A DNA stretch of 64,000 bases from a virus, in IMG/VR virus record IMGVR_UViG_3300020418_000005, positions 1 to 64,000 of that record. One strand, given 5' to 3'. Under the pieces are notes generated by a model. That model was not told where the DNA came from. It worked only from the letters and a program-made list of their open reading frames with translations, and did not search any database. A program made the translations under genes and the position numbers. Positions within the stretch are counted from its first letter, which is position 1. Each line of letters begins with the position of its first letter. Shown piece after piece: positions 9,694-18,752 of the stretch.

Positions 9694-10155
9694 TTATTCA
9701 TTAAGTGTACCGAAAGACCTTCGTATTTCACGAAGTTCCTCGAAGTTCTTTTGTTTTGTACCCCCATCATATGCCCAAGCATATCCTTCTTCAATCATAT
9801 CTTCATTTAATGAAACTTCCTCATCACCCACATATAACCAACCAAGCAAGCGACCATACTTACCAACCCCGCCTTTAAGTTCAGTTCGTATAGTAAGTTC
9901 ATATTCTCCATCAATAGTATCCTCAAGTTTTTGTTTTAACCAATTAGTAGCATCTATTCCCAATGCCTTTTCTTCCAGATTTCTTGTTCTTTTCTCTGGC
10001 GTATCAACTCCTGCAACTCTAACTCTTTCTTTCTTGTATAAGTCAAACCCAAGATCAATGGTGACATCAATAGTATCGCCGTCAACAACACGATTTATCT
10101 CCGTAACTCTAAAATTGTAGCAGGATTTCCTACTTGGTGGTGTCATCGCTCCCAT
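9694..10155 (-). CDS. Thermonuclease (SNase-like) family nuclease
   Basis: VVDGDTIDV, RVAGVDTPE, GKYGRLLG and LNEDMIEEGYA motifs. Confidence 0.9.
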   Translation of the reverse strand: MGAMTPPSRKSCYNFRVTEINRVVDGDTIDVTIDLGFDLYKKERVRVAGVDTPEKRTRNLEEKALGIDATNWLKQKLEDTIDGEYELTIRTELKGGVGKYGRLLGWLYVGDEEVSLNEDMIEEGYAWAYDGGTKQKNFEELREIRRSFGTLNE

Positions 10156-10255
10156 CGTTCATCTCCATAAATGACATCTTTAGTATATAGTAGATGTACC
10201 AAGTCACTATTGCGACCAGTATACCAACCATCCATACGACTCCCCATACTACCAT
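10130..10255 (-). CDS. 41-aa single-TM peptide (MVVWGVVWMVGILVAIVTWYIYYILKMSF...)
   Basis: Manual translation. It fills the gap and overlaps both neighbours, and has a strong hydrophobic helix. Confidence 0.65.
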   Translation of the reverse strand: MVVWGVVWMVGILVAIVTWYIYYILKMSFMEMNDGSDDTTK

Positions 10256-10767
10256 GATTTAATATTAATGTCATACGCTATAGATATCCTTTCATCACTG
10301 GATAGTTTTGCTCTATGGTAGAGCATTGAATTAAATATTAATAAGTCTCCAGATCTAACTGGTAACTCGTAGAAACTAGAGTTGTAACAGTTCATATCAT
10401 ATACATCTTCAATAGGAACTTGTGATAAAAAATAATCTGAGAATGGAGAAAAGAATTGTATTACTCCATCTGTAGATAGTGGATAGTAAATAGCAGACAA
10501 AAAACTATTTCTATGATTGTGTGGTTCCTCTATATCTTTATTGATATTATAGTTGCACCAAATTTTTTTAATGTATAACTCTTTACTTTTACAAGTTGAG
10601 TTTAAAATAAGTTTGCCTTCTTTTAAGATACGAGAATTTAACTCTGACAATAATGGATCAGAGGTATCCAAATATCTTTGCTCTTTAAACTTAGATAATT
10701 TTTCGTTATCAATATCACTGAGGTGAAATTGAGATAACCCAACTCCAAATAATAAAGTATTAAACAT
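10249..10767 (-). CDS. 2OG-Fe(II) oxygenase-like protein (TIGR02466-type)
   Basis: WCNYN..PHNHRNSFLSAIYY, GDLLIFNSMLYH and ERISIAYD motifs. Confidence 0.85.
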   Translation of the reverse strand: MFNTLLFGVGLSQFHLSDIDNEKLSKFKEQRYLDTSDPLLSELNSRILKEGKLILNSTCKSKELYIKKIWCNYNINKDIEEPHNHRNSFLSAIYYPLSTDGVIQFFSPFSDYFLSQVPIEDVYDMNCYNSSFYELPVRSGDLLIFNSMLYHRAKLSSDERISIAYDINIKSW

Positions 10768-10872
10768 TTACACTAATATAGGATGTGCCCACGCTTGTGG
10801 TATGAGGAACGTTGCTGTTCCTATTATTAGACCAAACACTACACAGGTAGATTTAATTGGTAAGTTTTTCAT
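10768..10872 (-). CDS. 34-aa signal-peptide-like ORF (MKNLPIKSTCVVFGLIIGTATFLIPQAWAHPILV)
   Basis: Manual translation; abuts both ho1 and the oxygenase gene. Confidence 0.55.
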   Translation of the reverse strand: MKNLPIKSTCVVFGLIIGTATFLIPQAWAHPILV

Positions 10873-10877
10873 TTTTG

Positions 10878-11570
10878 TTAATTGGTAATGGAACCAGTAA
10901 TTACTTTCCAGAAACCTTTAAGTGCTGTCAATGCAGGGTATGGATCTTCAGATTTGATCTCATCAAACATGTACATATTCAATCTAAATGCATAGTTTGC
11001 CTCAGCAAATATAGCATTCTTCTGTGATTGATTTAGATTTAACACATCAAGTATTGCCCTGTAATTTGTTTTCCATTCTTTTGCATCATGAATCTCAGGA
11101 AACTCATAGAAATTTAGACCTTCTCCCGCAGGAGGATTAAGTGCACTCTTTGCTATTTTACATAGAATTTGTCCACCTGATAGATCACCTATGTACCTAG
11201 TATAATGATGAGCAAGCAGAAGATATGGATCTTGCTGTGCTAATTCACTAAGTCTAAAACAATAAGTATCACACGCTGGTGAAGGACCTATCTGTTCTTT
11301 CCAATAAGGACCGTAATAATATACTAGATCTTTTTCTAATGCCTGACTACGATCAAGTTGTGATTGCCATCCCTGTAATACTCTTACAGTTGGGTCATCA
11401 GCATCATGAATTAGTCTTTCCATGGTACTGTAAACATACCAGAAATTGGCAATGAGTTTACGATACTCCTCAGGGTCAACAACACCTCTAAGAAATCCTG
11501 CAACAAATTTTGTATTTTCTGCTGCTGAATGAGACTCCTTAGTTGCCTCTTTTAATTCTTTACTGAACAT
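10878..11570 (-). CDS. ho1: Heme oxygenase (auxiliary metabolic gene)
   Basis: LKEATKESHSAAEN carries the proximal His; LLAHHYTRYIGDLSGGQIL is the family signature; also EANYAFRLNM. Confidence 0.96.
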   Translation of the reverse strand: MFSKELKEATKESHSAAENTKFVAGFLRGVVDPEEYRKLIANFWYVYSTMERLIHDADDPTVRVLQGWQSQLDRSQALEKDLVYYYGPYWKEQIGPSPACDTYCFRLSELAQQDPYLLLAHHYTRYIGDLSGGQILCKIAKSALNPPAGEGLNFYEFPEIHDAKEWKTNYRAILDVLNLNQSQKNAIFAEANYAFRLNMYMFDEIKSEDPYPALTALKGFWKVITGSITN

Positions 11571-11582
11571 AATATTAATAGG

Positions 11583-11590
11583 TATTTATA
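11583..11590 (-). promoter_or_regulatory. Late promoter TATAAATA directly upstream of ho1
   Basis: Perfect consensus 12 nt before the ATG; contains the upstream gene's TAA. Confidence 0.7.
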
Positions 11591-11762
11591 CTACTTTGCC
11601 TGGCATATAGTCCATTTTATCTAAACATTCTGACAACATCTTCCCATACTCGTTGAACAGTTTATCGCCAGCAATATAACTTCTTTGTCTTCTCCAGATT
11701 GCTTCTGAAAGCATCTGTCTTTCTCTTTCAGAGAAAGTTTCAAATCTTGTTTTTATTTTCAT
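11586..11762 (-). CDS. 58-aa hypothetical protein (MKIKTRFETFSERERQMLSEAIWRRQRSYIAGD...)
   Basis: Manual translation; ATGA overlap with the upstream ORF. Confidence 0.7.
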   Translation of the reverse strand: MKIKTRFETFSERERQMLSEAIWRRQRSYIAGDKLFNEYGKMLSECLDKMDYMPGKVV

Positions 11763-11914
11763 GATTCAGATGGGGATAAAACTTGATCAGAATAAACTCT
11801 AAGTTTTTCTATCAAGTCGGCATATCTATCCCATATGTCCTCAGATCCTGTCTGTTCTTGAGCGATTAGACAAGCTCGTATTAGACAATGGATATCGCCA
11901 TTATTAAAACGCAT
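11759..11914 (-). CDS. 51-aa hypothetical protein (MRFNNGDIHCLIRAC...QTGSEDIWDRY...)
   Basis: Manual translation; coupled to the downstream ORF; AT-rich promoter-like region upstream. Confidence 0.7.
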   Translation of the reverse strand: MRFNNGDIHCLIRACLIAQEQTGSEDIWDRYADLIEKLRVYSDQVLSPSES

Positions 11915-11972
11915 AGTTCTACAGTTATTATACTATAATTATAGTCAAAAAGATAGTGTAGTTTACGCTTTG

Positions 11973-12284
11973 TTAGCAATTCCAAGCTCTTAGTGATTTG
12001 TTGATCCTACTATCAGGATCACTGGCAGTTTTCTTTGAAGTTAATTTCTTTTTCATTCCTTTCATTCTAGCACAAAAGGATGTCCGACGGGGATTTCCAA
12101 CCTTCTTGCTTGGTGCTTTAAGGTCAGATCCAGGATTTGCTCTTTCGTAAGACTTCCTTCCTTTCTCATTAAGTCCACCTTCTTTGTTCTTGCCAGCCTT
12201 CTTTGTCCAGGCTGCACCTTCTAAAATTCCGTTATCCTGCACATTGGCAGACTCAGCGAGTCTTTTAAATTCTTTGTATCTCAT
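11973..12284 (-). CDS. Basic protein, DUF6321-like; probable internal head protein
   Basis: GGLNEKGR, RRTSFCARM and SRINKSLRAWNC motifs. N-terminal MRYKEFKRLAE resembles the T4 capsid-targeting sequence. Confidence 0.75.
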   Translation of the reverse strand: MRYKEFKRLAESANVQDNGILEGAAWTKKAGKNKEGGLNEKGRKSYERANPGSDLKAPSKKVGNPRRTSFCARMKGMKKKLTSKKTASDPDSRINKSLRAWNC

Positions 12285-12308
12285 ATACCATGTCAGGGTC
12301 TATGCATT

Positions 12309-12315
12309 TATTTAT
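12309..12315 (-). promoter_or_regulatory. Late promoter ATAAATA
   Basis: Intergenic, about 25 nt upstream of the 12284 ATG. Confidence 0.6.
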
Positions 12316-12319
12316 GCAA

Positions 12320-12721
12320 CTATCTCTTGCCACCACCCATTTGTTTAAGCATTTTTTGTAATTCAGCAGTGCTACCAACGAACATAGCATTGTTAGTAAC
12401 ATTCTTAGGACCTTTTATTTCTTCATCAAGATCTTTCATTTTCTTATGTAAGTCTTGTAATTTCTCTGTCATGTCTGCAACATGTTTCATCGCCGCTACA
12501 GCAACTTCATATGCTCTAGGGTGACCACTTTCTTGTGCTACTTCCAATGCACCCTTCACCGCTTCTTGACCTTGGTCTATCAAAGAATATAATTCACCAC
12601 GAGTATATTCATAATCTTTTTGTTGATCATCTTCTTTTGATTTTACCTTTGGCAAGTTAGGTTTCTCAACATGTTCTACGTCCATGTTAAGAAGTTCCTC
12701 CATATTATCTTCTAGGTTCAT
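12320..12721 (-). CDS. g16: Terminase small subunit gp16
   Basis: DYEYTR, AQESGHPRAYEV and NNAMFVGSTAELQKML motifs. Confidence 0.95.
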   Translation of the reverse strand: MNLEDNMEELLNMDVEHVEKPNLPKVKSKEDDQQKDYEYTRGELYSLIDQGQEAVKGALEVAQESGHPRAYEVAVAAMKHVADMTEKLQDLHKKMKDLDEEIKGPKNVTNNAMFVGSTAELQKMLKQMGGGKR

Positions 12722-13518
12722 AAGAATTCAATCCCTTCATTAAATCCAAAGTCGTCACCAGCATCGACCAATGCATCATCTGCTGCATCAATGACACCAT
12801 CAGTATTGATATCAGTTTTTGCTTTGGGTGTATATGTTCTAGTGATAGCTCTACGACTAACTGCTGTATCACCAAGTGTTTCGTGTATGATTGCTTTCTT
12901 GATAACATCTGATGTGTTGTAAGGACCGTATAGATATGTCTTCATCTGGAAGTTAAGAGTGTAAACAATATATCTACGCTCGTAGAAACTATCATCCCAT
13001 GTATCCTCATATGATACATTGTTTAGAACAACAGCAATATCTTTCTTCTCATTCATATCAGGTATCATGTTGAGAGTAACACTGAATGATGGTTGGAAGT
13101 ATGGTAATATTTGCTCGGTGATTTGTAGGGCGTCGTCTTGTGACTTAGCAATTACGCCAAGTTCAAATGATAGGTTGTATGGTACAGGAACATACTGCAC
13201 TCTTACTTCACCACCATTGTTATTAATTATTGTTTTATACTTCTGAATAGGAGAAGTTTTACGGGTAGGATCGTAGTCAATGCTAGTCATTTCAAAGTAC
13301 AATCTTGGTAGAGTGATTGCTACTTTTCTATTGCTAGTATTTTCTTCTAGTCTTACAATAAATTTTTGTTTAGGACCGTATGCTAACGGTACTTTCATTT
13401 CTTCCAATACAGCACCAGTGCTTGGATCTGTACTCTTCATCGTAATATTATTGAAGAGTGTACCAAATGCTATTATGTTCTTACGAACTATCTGGTTGTA
13501 AAAGTGATTACCTAACAT
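12718..13518 (-). CDS. g15: Tail sheath stabiliser/terminator gp15
   Basis: FGTLFNNI, VPLAYGPKQKF, TLPRLYFE, PVPYN and EQILPYFQP motifs. Confidence 0.95.
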   Translation of the reverse strand: MLGNHFYNQIVRKNIIAFGTLFNNITMKSTDPSTGAVLEEMKVPLAYGPKQKFIVRLEENTSNRKVAITLPRLYFEMTSIDYDPTRKTSPIQKYKTIINNNGGEVRVQYVPVPYNLSFELGVIAKSQDDALQITEQILPYFQPSFSVTLNMIPDMNEKKDIAVVLNNVSYEDTWDDSFYERRYIVYTLNFQMKTYLYGPYNTSDVIKKAIIHETLGDTAVSRRAITRTYTPKAKTDINTDGVIDAADDALVDAGDDFGFNEGIEFL

Positions 13519-14408
13519 TATATGCTACCTGTAAAATTACCAAACTCACCGAATGGATTACGCTCTGACCAATCAACTATATTGTCAGCAGCATCTTCGA
13601 TTTGTCTATTTGCATCATACTCACTATTTGTATCCTGTAGTGTATCGAAGGTTGATACAACCCATACAGCACTACTGGTATTACCAGTAAGTGATTCGTT
13701 TGCTGCAAATGTTCCAGTTCTATTGATTACCTGTAGTATTCTTGTAGAACTATCCCATGACTTGACTTCTGCTGTTGTAGAAGTAGTACCACCAGTAACA
13801 GTCTCACCAGTAGTAAAGTCTCCTGTACCACCAACTCCCATTGTAAGAGCAATAGCAGTATCGAACAACTCTTCTATAGCATCTATCTCTGCAACACCAG
13901 TAGCAAGATCGTCTGAACCAACCTCGTATAGTTCTGCAGTAATTGCATAAAATTGAATCTTACCAAACTGGAAGAATGGTTCTTCCTTTCCGACATACTT
14001 AATTTCATACAAATCTTCTGTGAGAGGATAGTATAATAAATCCCCTTCATTAGGTCTACTAGGAACTGTGAGTTTTGCAGCCATACTATGTTCCGCTACT
14101 TCTTCATCCCATCTATTTGTAGACACACGAAAAATTATTTCGTCTGTAATACGTAAACCAAACTTACTTATAAATTCTGCATTGTCTCCAAAACCCATTA
14201 CATTTACAAGTAACATTTCAATTTGAAATTGATCTTGGAATTTAGTATATCTAACCTCGTCTAACGTGCCATCTGTTATAGCTGTTTTGGGTAGATAGTA
14301 TATGTCAGAACCAAAGAGTTTGATTTGCTCATCCACAAGATTCTGAACCAAAGTTTGTTCGCCACTGTGACCTTGGTGATAAGTTGGGAAGTAGGGACTT
14401 GTAGGCAT
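13518..14408 (-). CDS. g14: Neck protein gp14
   Basis: SKFGL, RPNEGDLLYYP, PFFQFGK and C-terminal NPFGE motifs. Confidence 0.93.
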   Translation of the reverse strand: MPTSPYFPTYHQGHSGEQTLVQNLVDEQIKLFGSDIYYLPKTAITDGTLDEVRYTKFQDQFQIEMLLVNVMGFGDNAEFISKFGLRITDEIIFRVSTNRWDEEVAEHSMAAKLTVPSRPNEGDLLYYPLTEDLYEIKYVGKEEPFFQFGKIQFYAITAELYEVGSDDLATGVAEIDAIEELFDTAIALTMGVGGTGDFTTGETVTGGTTSTTAEVKSWDSSTRILQVINRTGTFAANESLTGNTSSAVWVVSTFDTLQDTNSEYDANRQIEDAADNIVDWSERNPFGEFGNFTGSI

Positions 14409-14409
14409 T

Positions 14410-15222
14410 TTATCCGATCATATCCATTGGTGGTATAGCGTACTTACTGAGAACCTCACCTTCGATTTTCTCAATTTCTGCTAATGCGTCCATATAAAGT
14501 TCTCTACCATTAAGTGTTACACCGCCAGGTAATTGAACATTGTTATACTTGATCAAGTTCTGACCCCACTGTTTCTTCAACAATGAAGTAGCATATCTCT
14601 TTACAAATATATCATTATACATTTCGGTTGCATCATCTGGGTCTATCATACGATGAGCCTCTATCAACAGATTCTGTCCTTCTTGTAAGAAGTCCTTATC
14701 TATATCTAGATACAAACGATCACGACGCTGAGTATATCTAAACTGCTGGAATGAACCATTGTTTAAAACCATATCTAGAGTCTCTAGATATTGCTTGGTC
14801 ATATAGTAGTTTAAGATATCAAGAGATCCAAAGGCATACAAATCATTTAAGAATATTCTATATTCAATACCAAATAAGTTAGAACGAATAGAGTTACCTA
14901 CCATTCCAAATACCTTACTAATACCAGATACATGTGCTGGTATAGGTATAAAGTTTGTTGCTTCTTTCCAAGTGGTAGTTACACCAGCATCTACTTTAGT
15001 TGTATCAGTAGTTGCTGCAAGACGAGTTTTATCATCTGCAGTTATCTCGTGTACTAGATAACACCTCTCCATACCATTGTAACAATTCTCTTGAAAGAAC
15101 TGAAATGTGTCGTCAATTACATTGTTTACTTGCTCATCATCTACGTTAACTTGCAAGACAGGTTCACCTAATTGCCTCTTAGCATATGTAATCAATTCTG
15201 CTTTTGTACTTGGAGATGCCAT
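14410..15222 (-). CDS. g13: Neck protein gp13
   Basis: RQLGEPVLQVNV and KKQWGQNLIKYNNVQLPGGVTLNG motifs. Confidence 0.95.
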   Translation of the reverse strand: MASPSTKAELITYAKRQLGEPVLQVNVDDEQVNNVIDDTFQFFQENCYNGMERCYLVHEITADDKTRLAATTDTTKVDAGVTTTWKEATNFIPIPAHVSGISKVFGMVGNSIRSNLFGIEYRIFLNDLYAFGSLDILNYYMTKQYLETLDMVLNNGSFQQFRYTQRRDRLYLDIDKDFLQEGQNLLIEAHRMIDPDDATEMYNDIFVKRYATSLLKKQWGQNLIKYNNVQLPGGVTLNGRELYMDALAEIEKIEGEVLSKYAIPPMDMIG

Positions 15223-15246
15223 TACCCACTATAATCCCTTCATAGT

Positions 15247-15253
15247 TATTTAG
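15247..15253 (-). promoter_or_regulatory. Late promoter CTAAATA upstream of g13
   Basis: Contains the TAA stop of the upstream ORF; about 25 nt before the g13 ATG. Confidence 0.6.
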
Positions 15254-15450
15254 GAAGGATCAACGTTTGCGGGTGCTGCGTCAGGTGCTGGTGGTGTTTC
15301 TTGCTCTAAAAGACCTAGTGTTTCTAGTCCTCCTACAAGTTTTAATTTATATTCTTTTGCTTTTGCTAAATTCGTTTCTAACTCTGTTATCTGACTATCA
15401 GTCTTAGCAATTTGTTCTTCAAAGTTAGTTTTTAGTTGTGCTGGATCCAT
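15250..15450 (-). CDS. Small coiled-coil protein
   Basis: Heptad pattern plus a Pro/Ala tail; likely start is MDPAQL at 15450. Confidence 0.7.
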   Translation of the reverse strand: MDPAQLKTNFEEQIAKTDSQITELETNLAKAKEYKLKLVGGLETLGLLEQETPPAPDAAPANVDPS

Positions 15451-15455
15451 GGTTA

Positions 15456-15998
15456 TCAAGGTAAGAAATTAAAGTTTATTACGAATCGAGGTTTCTTTGT
15501 GGGTACGCTACTTGAATGATATCGTAGACCATCAAAGAAAACGCATCTACCTTTTACAGGAGATACTGTACTATTTATAGGGTATTCAGCAAGCGGTTCT
15601 CCGTACATTCTTTCGCTGAAATACGTGTCACCATCACTGTCTGATGCATAGTATAGACATACCAAATGTGGATCTGGTAAGTCAACATGCATAGAATCAT
15701 ACTCTTTTGTTCTCACACCTGGCGTCTGTAAAAAACATCTGCCACGTATGACTTTAGATATTGATATGCCTGTATTATAACATGCTTCAAATACTAATGG
15801 AAGAAACATTCCAGAGTATTTACTTGTAGAATTACCATTCAATATAAACATATGAGAGAAACCTACCAACTGACTCTCACCATCTTCACTAAGATTATCA
15901 TGATACACCCATCTAAAATCTGTATCATATCTCATAGTGCTTTCTAAAAGATTCTGATAGTTAGGATTGATGCAGTTGTCCTTAATAATGTTCTTCAT
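15456..15998 (-). CDS. 2OG-Fe(II) oxygenase
   Basis: HVD...H...R triad (MHVDLP, RYHSS, PRFVINF). Confidence 0.85.
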   Translation of the reverse strand: MKNIIKDNCINPNYQNLLESTMRYDTDFRWVYHDNLSEDGESQLVGFSHMFILNGNSTSKYSGMFLPLVFEACYNTGISISKVIRGRCFLQTPGVRTKEYDSMHVDLPDPHLVCLYYASDSDGDTYFSERMYGEPLAEYPINSTVSPVKGRCVFFDGLRYHSSSVPTKKPRFVINFNFLP

Positions 15999-16578
15999 CT
16001 ACACCCTCCACATTCCATATCAAGTTACCAGATACTGTTACCCTTTCTTTTTGTGTAGACTTAAAAGGATATACAGCATGTTTGGTTGTAGATGGAAACA
16101 TAAGTATTACACCGTTCCAAGTTTTATCTACTGGCAATACATCTGCTTCTAATTGAAACGCACCATTACTATTATGTGACTCTCTTTCTTCAGAACCATA
16201 TGGTATGTCTGTAAAAATTACAAAACTTACTATACCAGTGTGTGTATGTATAGGATTGTATTCATACTGTTGCTGGTAATTTACCCACAGGTTTCTCAGT
16301 CTTATAAAAGGAGTTACGTTTTTTGCTTCTTGAAAATCCCACGGGCATGTTTGATATACCTGTGACCACAACTGTGTAGATAGTCCAACAACATATTCTT
16401 CAAACTGTGGACTCCAATCAGATAGACTTGACTGTTGTTCTAATGCACCAGCAAGTTTATCATTGTAATTCCAAGTCTCTTCCTCCCTTCTTCTCTGTGT
16501 GTAAGAAAGTAATTCTTGATATAAATTTTGTGGCATTTTCTCTGATAGAAAAGAGAAACTATCTTGACTGTATATCAT
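15982..16578 (-). CDS. 2OG-Fe(II) oxygenase-like protein (HxH type)
   Basis: WVNYQ..YNPIHTH, FPSTTKHAVYPF and RVTVSGN motifs. Confidence 0.85.
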   Translation of the reverse strand: MIYSQDSFSFLSEKMPQNLYQELLSYTQRRREEETWNYNDKLAGALEQQSSLSDWSPQFEEYVVGLSTQLWSQVYQTCPWDFQEAKNVTPFIRLRNLWVNYQQQYEYNPIHTHTGIVSFVIFTDIPYGSEERESHNSNGAFQLEADVLPVDKTWNGVILMFPSTTKHAVYPFKSTQKERVTVSGNLIWNVEGVDEEHY

Positions 16579-17090
16579 GCGTATAAATCTGCACTTAAAC
16601 TATATCGTTTTTGATTTTGAATACCTTTGCCAGGTAAGTGTGGTAAGTTAGATGGAAAGATAAACCAAGTCAATTCTTTTTTAGGTAAAAAATATGGATC
16701 TCTTTTTGGCATAGGAAACATAGTAGTTCCAGACTCACCTAGTTTTATATACATTATACCAGATAATGTGAAAGGATTGTCTGGATTGTGTGAATGCATA
16801 TATGGTTCTATTGGATTATTATTCCAATCCACATACACCCATGAATTTATTTGGAAATCAAATATATCCATACCCCAATACCTAGAACAAGCATCATGAA
16901 ATGTCCATTTTAATTTTTTGATAATAGGTTCATCATACTCTAAGAAATCATCTTTACCATCAGTAAAGGTAAGTTTAGATACATGAGCCATGTTTTGAGT
17001 AAGAGAATCGTTTTCAATATTAGTATCAATAAACTCTATAAGTTTATCTGCGTCAATATCTACTGGATACTCTCTAATTCCTAATACCAT
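16575..17090 (-). CDS. 2OG-Fe(II) oxygenase-like protein (HxH type)
   Basis: MHSH, LSGIMY, IFPSNLPH and RYSLS motifs. Confidence 0.8.
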   Translation of the reverse strand: MVLGIREYPVDIDADKLIEFIDTNIENDSLTQNMAHVSKLTFTDGKDDFLEYDEPIIKKLKWTFHDACSRYWGMDIFDFQINSWVYVDWNNNPIEPYMHSHNPDNPFTLSGIMYIKLGESGTTMFPMPKRDPYFLPKKELTWFIFPSNLPHLPGKGIQNQKRYSLSADLYA

Positions 17091-17662
17091 TTTCTTGTAT
17101 TCTGTGCAATTATCTTATCGTGAATCTCAGGATCACAAAATGAGAAAGCAATAGTAGTTCTAATCTCATTACCTATTAGTGTGTTTGGTGGTTGTCCTTT
17201 ATGTAACCAGTTAGAAGGAATCAATGCACCTGTATTAGGTACGTATGGTGTGTGATGATATTCATCATCTGGTGTTTGACATACAAACTCACCACCCCAT
17301 TCTTGATCCCAATGTGGTTGATTAAAGTATATAAATGTCCAGACATTATGTTCTTCCCAGTCCTTATGAAACATTGTATTCTGTCCTGCTGTCTGTCCAT
17401 TAGCATGTATCTTACAGAGTTTGATATCTCTCCTAAGAAATTTCATTATCTTTAATCTAACTGTAGTAGCACACTTAGTAAATATCAAATCAGTTCTTAG
17501 TGGATGTTGCCATGATACTGGATCACCCTGTCCATAAGATGCATTATTAAATGTCCATGTAGCAAGTGAGTTCATAGATGGTGATCTACGATCAAAGTAA
17601 TCCCATAATGATATTCTCTCTTCTTGAGATAATACATTACGAATAACGTGAGGTTTATTCAT
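17081..17662 (-). CDS. 2OG-Fe(II) oxygenase
   Basis: NGQT..FHKD, WDQEWGGEF, WLHKG and RTTIAF motifs. Confidence 0.88.
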   Translation of the reverse strand: MNKPHVIRNVLSQEERISLWDYFDRRSPSMNSLATWTFNNASYGQGDPVSWQHPLRTDLIFTKCATTVRLKIMKFLRRDIKLCKIHANGQTAGQNTMFHKDWEEHNVWTFIYFNQPHWDQEWGGEFVCQTPDDEYHHTPYVPNTGALIPSNWLHKGQPPNTLIGNEIRTTIAFSFCDPEIHDKIIAQNTRKWY

Positions 17663-18192
17663 GCATCACCCCATATCTGAATTGTATATCTAAACTCAGG
17701 TGTATCATGTGCAACAGTAGTTACTAAGTGACTCTCACTACAGTCATTTAATACTAGCATATTTTGTTCTGGTAGAACTGCTCTGTAAACATCAGTTTTG
17801 TTTGGATCTTCATCTAAATTAAGATCAGCATGATCCATCCATACAAACCAACCACCAGCATTTGGATGCCAATGTTCATTTAGATATAGTGTTGCACCAA
17901 ACAAATGATGAGTGTCAGAGTGTACTCCAATACCAGCACCTGGTTGCCATACATTATATCTACATGTCAACTTTTTAAACTCTGGTGCGTGTGGTTTTAA
18001 ATGTCTTGATATTTCATCACTGAATACTTTAGGAATAGCAGTAGCAATAGTTGATCCATGAACACCTTGTCTTAAAAATGGTTTCCATGCAAAGTTACTA
18101 GAAGACCAGCAGTCAGTATTCAACTTAGATCTAAAGTCGTCTACACATGCGTCAAGTAATGATTTAGGTAAAAAGTTCTTTATAATTTTCAT
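17659..18192 (-). CDS. 2OG-Fe(II) oxygenase (prolyl-4-hydroxylase-like)
   Basis: VHSD, ATLYLNEHW...GG, SHLVT and RYTIQ motifs; start revised to MKIIKN (ATGA overlap). Confidence 0.88.
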   Translation of the reverse strand: MKIIKNFLPKSLLDACVDDFRSKLNTDCWSSSNFAWKPFLRQGVHGSTIATAIPKVFSDEISRHLKPHAPEFKKLTCRYNVWQPGAGIGVHSDTHHLFGATLYLNEHWHPNAGGWFVWMDHADLNLDEDPNKTDVYRAVLPEQNMLVLNDCSESHLVTTVAHDTPEFRYTIQIWGDA

Positions 18193-18752
18193 ACCCACCA
18201 AAGCCATCCAGTTATAATATATTTTTCATGCTCCTCTGATATCACACCTCTATGTTTATGTGTTAATCCAGCAGGAAAAATTAATGTTTTTCCTTTCTTT
18301 GCCTCTACAGTATATTCCTGATAAAAGAATTCAGTTCCTCCATTAGGAACATCATTTAGATATGTGATGTATACAAATGCTCTATCACACCCATCAGATC
18401 CTGATGCATCCACATGCCAAGTATAAAAACCATCACCTGGTTTATAGTATTGAATCTGTGGTAGTCTTTGCATTACAAATTCTTGATTGTGAATAGTCAA
18501 AGAGTTCAAGTAATTATCAATAAATCCATTTAACTCTTCTTGGTATAAATCAAATTTATAATCACTAGGTTCTCCTAGAGGACCTGCATCTTCAATAAAA
18601 AAATCTCTACTCTTTTTTACCTCAGGCATGACACTCCCACCACCTACACGACCAGCATAAGTCAAATCTATTTTATCGGCGTCTTTGTATAGATCTATAA
18701 GACGATCACATATACTAAGATCACTCAATGTATATTCTTTTATAAATCTCAT
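18189..18752 (-). CDS. 2OG-Fe(II) oxygenase (P4Hc-like)
   Basis: WHVD, YLNDVPNGGTEF, THKHRG and KYIITGW motifs. Confidence 0.9.
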   Translation of the reverse strand: MRFIKEYTLSDLSICDRLIDLYKDADKIDLTYAGRVGGGSVMPEVKKSRDFFIEDAGPLGEPSDYKFDLYQEELNGFIDNYLNSLTIHNQEFVMQRLPQIQYYKPGDGFYTWHVDASGSDGCDRAFVYITYLNDVPNGGTEFFYQEYTVEAKKGKTLIFPAGLTHKHRGVISEEHEKYIITGWLWWV

